Of a DNA stretch of 24,000 bases, positions 20,757 to 24,000 are shown in pieces; positions within the stretch are counted from its first letter, which is position 1; every line of letters begins with the position of its first letter. The notes beneath the pieces are model-generated. The model saw only the letters and a list, made by a program, of their open reading frames with translations. It searched no databases and was not told the origin of the DNA. Location of the stretch: positions 4,504-28,503 of the forward strand of contig CAKUIV010000008.1 of NCBI GenBank assembly GCA_934661105.1, written 5' to 3'. Position numbers and translations under genes: made by a program. Source of the stretch: an uncultured Ellagibacter sp. GTDB lineage: Bacteria; Actinomycetota; Coriobacteriia; Coriobacteriales; Eggerthellaceae.

Positions 20757-20929
20757 CTCACCGTAGAGAAAGCACATGGGAGGTCGAGCGCGTCGGAAGC
20801 GGCGTCAAGCCGATGCAAGCCACCCTTTCTTTGACGCGACGAAACGAGAGCGCCGACAAGCCCTATACTACTAGCAGACACAATCCAAACCCATGGTACC
20901 GGCTGCGGCACCGAATCAAGGAGACGAAC

Positions 20930-21634
20930 ATGGCGTCCTGCTGCGGATCGAACGAAAAAGCCGCCTACGTGAAACCCGAACGTCCAAGCTGCGTGGACTG
21001 CAAAACGCTTGGATGCGCGCACAACAACGGCCGCTATCCCTCGTTCTGCGAAACGAAAACGATGAGCGACGATGAGATATCCACGCTCCGCAGCGACTAC
21101 GAAGCCGACGCGGAAACCTACGAGTTCATGAAAGCGACTGCCAAAACCACTGCGCGAGGATTCGCCGAGCAGCTCTGCCGAGCCGAAGAGACCATGGACT
21201 ACGCGCATCGCATGGGATACAGGAAGATCGGTATCGCGTTTTGCGCAGGTGTCGCCGACGAGGCGCGAATCTTCGCGAAGATCCTGCGCATTCACGGCTA
21301 CGAAGTGGTGGGCTACACCTGCAAGGTCGGCGCGCTTTCGAACGCGCAGATGGGACTCGAGGAAAGCTGCTGCAACTTCGGGCTCGTTGCCTGCAACCCC
21401 TTGACGCAGGTGCGGCGCCTCAACGCCGAGAAAACCGACCTCAACGTGCTGATGGGCCTGTGCGTAGGGCACGACTCGTACTTCTACAAGCTCTCAAAAG
21501 CGCCTGTGACGACGCTTTTGACCAAGGACAAAGCCATGGTGAACAACCCGGGGGCGGCGCTGTGGGCATCGACCACGAGCTCGCTATGGAGCCGCATGAT
21601 GCGCCCTGACGATTCATTCGCGGCAAGAGACTAG
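20930..21634 (+). CDS. DUF1847-like Cys-rich putative metal-binding protein
   Basis: 234 aa counted from the ATG at 20930, with AAGGAG 6 nt upstream. The core MGLCVGHDSYFYK and the CAGV / CKVG / SCCNFGLVACNP pattern match my memory of DUF1847. The N-terminal Cys cluster is MASCCGS...CVDCKTLGCAH...FCE. Confidence 0.6.
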   Translation: MASCCGSNEKAAYVKPERPSCVDCKTLGCAHNNGRYPSFCETKTMSDDEISTLRSDYEADAETYEFMKATAKTTARGFAEQLCRAEETMDYAHRMGYRKIGIAFCAGVADEARIFAKILRIHGYEVVGYTCKVGALSNAQMGLEESCCNFGLVACNPLTQVRRLNAEKTDLNVLMGLCVGHDSYFYKLSKAPVTTLLTKDKAMVNNPGAALWASTTSSLWSRMMRPDDSFAARD

Positions 21635-21697
21635 CCCGAAAGCAAAATGCGGAGGCAAACGAAGGCTTTTTCAAGTTATCCCAACAAAAAATAATCG

Positions 21698-21816
21698 AAG
21701 TGCGAGGGCATACCGGTCAAGCAAGGAGCAACTCTGCAATAAGCTTCGTAAAACCCCAGGTCACGAAGATGTCGTCATTGGCTCTACCTCGCGAGAAGCG
21801 CTAAGCCCTCGCACTT
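21698..21816. repeat. 119-bp element bounded by a perfect 12-bp inverted repeat
   Basis: AAGTGCGAGGGC (21698-21709) pairs with GCCCTCGCACTT (21805-21816). The interior holds smaller hairpins, for example CTTCGT-13 nt-ACGAAG. T-runs flank the element on both strands. Confidence 0.6.
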
Positions 21817-21845
21817 GAGGCACTTTTTGTGAAGCTCGCAACTTG

Positions 21846-21877
21846 AAAACCGCGATTCCGCACCTCGGGCTACGCGG
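21846..21877 (-). terminator. Candidate terminator of the radical SAM-LRR operon
   Basis: The minus strand reads CCGCG-tag-CCG-aggtg-CGG-aat-CGCGG followed by TTTTC. It overlaps the LRR gene stop codon. The stem is interrupted. Confidence 0.35.
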
Positions 21878-22523
21878 ATTCGGAGAAAAGCTTTCCCCGC
21901 ACACGTTCTGGAGCGCATGCGGGATTAACTTTGGGGCAGCTTTTGAACACGCCCTGCCCCACCTCATCGATTTCCTCGGGGAACACGACGCTGTCGAGAC
22001 TCGGGCAGTTCATGAACGCCTCATCGCCAAGCACCCGCAGCAAGCTGGGGAACTCGACGCGGCGCAATCCGCGGCATCCCGCGAAGGCGCGGCGTCCGAT
22101 GGACTCTGCGCTCGACAGGTCAGGCGCCGCATCGAGTGCACGGCAGTTCATGAACGCCTGCGCCTCGACCTCGACAACGGCATGGGTGCCCTGCACCGCA
22201 CGCAGAGCGAAGCAGCCCTTGAAAGCGCCTCGCGGAACGACTTCAAGGCGCGAAGGCAAGGTGACTTCCTCGAGCTTCTGACAATGCTCGAACGCCGACG
22301 CCCCCAATCGCTCGAGGCTTTCCGGCAGCACGACGCGGCGCAGATTCAGGCATGCCGAGAATGCGTAGGGGCCGATCTCGCGCACGCCTGCGGGAACGAC
22401 GACTTCGCGAACGTCGTCGTTCCCGCGACACGCCTCGGACTCGATGCTCACCGTGCCCTCGGGAAACACAAGGCGCGCAGATCCGTCGCTTACGTAGCGC
22501 TTGACCGAGATCTCAAACGGCAA
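21870..22523 (-). CDS. Small BspA-type (LRR_5-like) leucine-rich-repeat protein with no evident signal peptide
   Basis: About six repeats of roughly 23 aa fit xLPxxLxxIGxxAFxxCxxLxxV, for example VVVPAGVREIGPYAFSACLNLRRVVLPESLERLGASAFEHCQKLEEVTLP. My preferred start is the TTG at 22523, whose AAGGGG Shine-Dalgarno overlaps the radical SAM TAA. An alternative GTG lies at 22568. The track start at 22772 lies inside the radical SAM gene. Confidence 0.7.
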   Translation of the reverse strand: MPFEISVKRYVSDGSARLVFPEGTVSIESEACRGNDDVREVVVPAGVREIGPYAFSACLNLRRVVLPESLERLGASAFEHCQKLEEVTLPSRLEVVPRGAFKGCFALRAVQGTHAVVEVEAQAFMNCRALDAAPDLSSAESIGRRAFAGCRGLRRVEFPSLLRVLGDEAFMNCPSLDSVVFPEEIDEVGQGVFKSCPKVNPACAPERVRGKLFSESA

Positions 22524-22536
22524 ACCGGCACGCCCC

Positions 22537-23652
22537 TTACGAATGCTTGCCGCAGCAGCAACCCGCACCTGCCTGCGCGAGGGGATCGGGCATGACGTAG
22601 TCCTCGGGATTGCCCTTCTTCCACCAGTTCTTCCCATCGGCGCGGAAGCGCGGGTCGGGGTCGACGACGCCCGGCTCGAACCCGGCTTCGCGGATGCGCT
22701 CGACCGCATCCTCCACGGTGAAGCCGCGCCATTCGTCGACGTTGAACTCGGTGTCGCGCGGGTTCGCTCCACGTTCGACCGTGCACCCGTTCGCGCCCGC
22801 GTAAAGCGCCTCGGGGATGGCGGGGTGGCACCCCATGCAATGGATGCGCGACCCCACGGCGATGCGGACCGCGGCGAGGATCTGCAGCATGCGAGGCTTC
22901 GACACCGGCTCCATGCCCTCGAACGGCGTGCCGGGAACGTTCACGCGGAACATGACGCCCATGCTGTAGGGGTTGAACGACATGTCGTAGAGCACCTTGT
23001 CGGCTATCTCCTCGTTCGTATGCTCGATGCCGATGGGCTCGACGCACGTGCCCCAACGAAGCGGCGATTGGGAGATCGCCCGCATGGTCTGCTCGCGCAG
23101 CTTCGGGTCGAAGGGCGTGTCCACGCCCTCGCGCATGCGGCAGACATGGTAGGCGCTCGTGGCGCCCGCCTGGTAGGCAGCCTCAGCCATGGCCGGCGTG
23201 AGCTCGCCGACGTTGAGATTGATGAGGTAATCACCCGGAACCTGCTCGCGGATGTCGGCGAGCCATTCGGAGAGCGCTTTCACGTCGTAGAACTCGGTGG
23301 AGCGCAGCGTGAGCGTGGTGATGCCCGCTTCCACATAGGCGCGCGCCATCTCGATGATTTCTTCCTTGGTGTACTTGATCTCCTCGGTGACGAGCCCCCA
23401 TTCGGTACCGAACGAGCAGAACTTGCAGTTCATGTCGCAGCTGCACATGTCCACCCCGATGGCTCCCGAGATACCGCACTTGTTGCCCGACGCGAAATGC
23501 GCCACGCGGGAAGCGCACTCGCGCAAGTAGGCGACCTCTTCGGACTCGGGATCGAGCTCGAGCATCGACACGATGACGTCTTTAGGCTGCACGGCCCCGC
23601 GCAGCGACTCGTCGGTTGCCCGGTCGATCATCGCTTTCACTTCTTTATTCAT
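22537..23652 (-). CDS. Radical SAM enzyme of the BioB/HydE/ThiH-like superfamily; subfamily unresolved
   Basis: 371 aa with the CX3CX2C motif in MCSCDMNCKFCSFG. A TIM-barrel-like core and a BATS-like distal region (ALYAGANGCTVERGANPRD) are present. The C-terminal extension of about 70 aa ends AGAGCCCGKHS. GAGGGGA lies 6 nt upstream of the ATG. Confidence 0.8.
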   Translation of the reverse strand: MNKEVKAMIDRATDESLRGAVQPKDVIVSMLELDPESEEVAYLRECASRVAHFASGNKCGISGAIGVDMCSCDMNCKFCSFGTEWGLVTEEIKYTKEEIIEMARAYVEAGITTLTLRSTEFYDVKALSEWLADIREQVPGDYLINLNVGELTPAMAEAAYQAGATSAYHVCRMREGVDTPFDPKLREQTMRAISQSPLRWGTCVEPIGIEHTNEEIADKVLYDMSFNPYSMGVMFRVNVPGTPFEGMEPVSKPRMLQILAAVRIAVGSRIHCMGCHPAIPEALYAGANGCTVERGANPRDTEFNVDEWRGFTVEDAVERIREAGFEPGVVDPDPRFRADGKNWWKKGNPEDYVMPDPLAQAGAGCCCGKHS

Positions 23653-23669
23653 GGTTCGTCCCCTCTCTT

Positions 23670-23690
23670 TGGCGCGGTGACGACGCGCCA
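23670..23690 (-). other. Intercistronic hairpin between the permease and radical SAM genes
   Basis: TGGCGCG-7 nt-CGCGCCA is a perfect 7-bp stem. It lies between the permease TAG and the radical SAM Shine-Dalgarno. Confidence 0.4.
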
Positions 23691-23694
23691 GCGT

Positions 23695-24000
23695 CTAATG
23701 CCATTTGGTGAAGCGCTTCTGCAGCCACGCCGACCCGTAGTTCAGCACGGTGACGGTGATGCCGCAGGTGATGATGCCCGCATAGATGTTCGCATAGTTC
23801 GCGAACACGTTCGCGTTCGAAATCCAGTACCCGATGCCCGACTTCGCGCCGAAGCTTTCGGCGTACATGAGCATGAGGAAGCCCGTGGTGAGCGAAACGC
23901 GCAGGCCCTTCAGGATGTCCGGCAAGATGTAGGGCATGATGACCTTCGTGATCATGGTGAAGTTGCTCACCTTGAGCACGCGGGTGTTGTCGATGATCGC
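23695..24000 (-). CDS. ABC transporter permease, NitT/TauT (SsuC/TauC-like) family, 3' part; the gene starts beyond the right edge
   Basis: The frame is open to the window edge. AIIDNTRVLKVSNFTMITKVIMPYILPDILKGLRVSLTTGFLMLMYAESFGAKSGIGYWI fits the permease EAA-loop region of nitrate/sulfonate/taurine-type importers. Confidence 0.8.
   Translation of the reverse strand, partial: AIIDNTRVLKVSNFTMITKVIMPYILPDILKGLRVSLTTGFLMLMYAESFGAKSGIGYWISNANVFANYANIYAGIITCGITVTVLNYGSAWLQKRFTKWH

Noticed and set aside
20634-20866. Small ORFs in the tig / DUF1847 divergent region: 66 aa on the plus strand, and a 32-aa ATG ORF at about 20768-20866
   Set aside because: There is no Shine-Dalgarno and the composition is Arg-rich or low-complexity. 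They overlap the mapped tig promoter and leader.
21635-21869. tRNA, tmRNA, SRP RNA, 6S RNA or a known riboswitch in the convergent spacer, and likewise in the ffh leader at 13222-13377
   Set aside because: I could not find a T-loop (GGTTCGAATCC-like) or cloverleaf, or the conserved SRP or 6S motifs. The structure is reported as an unclassified element instead.
21843-22595. 250-aa plus-strand ORF overlapping the LRR gene
   Set aside because: The minus-strand frame shows a clear repeat of about 23 aa with the LRR_5 consensus. The plus-strand product has no periodicity or motifs and is again the in-register antisense frame.
22524-22772. Track-predicted N-terminal 83 aa of the LRR ORF, overlapping the radical SAM gene by about 235 nt
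   Set aside because: The extension is Arg/Ser/Pro/Ala-rich out-of-frame read-through of the radical SAM coding sequence and has no repeats. A TTG with an AAGGGG Shine-Dalgarno just after the radical SAM stop gives a protein that begins right at the first repeat.

Overview
This is a GC-rich bacterial chromosomal segment (roughly 60-65% GC by eye, not computed). Gene content and order suggest a high-GC Gram-positive anaerobe, possibly Coriobacteriia-like, but that is inference only.

Positions 1-20612 carry an unbroken run of 19 co-oriented minus-strand housekeeping genes. In transcription order they are tig, clpP, clpX, valS, a small zinc-ribbon membrane protein, ffh, an Fe-S flavoprotein, rpsP, a KH protein, rimM, trmD, lepB, glyQ, glyS, the PPDK regulatory protein, ppdK, asnS and the 5' end of an MtnA/eIF-2B-family gene. 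Several intrinsic terminators and sigma70-like promoters can be read directly between these genes.

Only the right end (about 20.9-24 kb) looks accessory. It holds a plus-strand Cys-rich DUF1847-like gene that converges on a minus-strand operon. That operon encodes a NitT/TauT-type ABC permease (5' end outside the window), a BioB/HydE-like radical SAM enzyme with a CCCG tail, and a small BspA-type leucine-rich-repeat protein with no visible signal peptide. A structured 235-nt spacer separates the two convergent units.

I recognise no rRNA, tRNA, CRISPR array, transposase, integrase or phage gene. The best candidate for an undescribed system is the radical SAM / LRR / DUF1847 locus. It is cut by the window edge and I cannot assign it a function.

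A window-wide feature is that the codon-aligned antisense frame of nearly every gene is stop-free, including one 6.7 kb ORF. I read this as a codon-usage shadow, not as genes.
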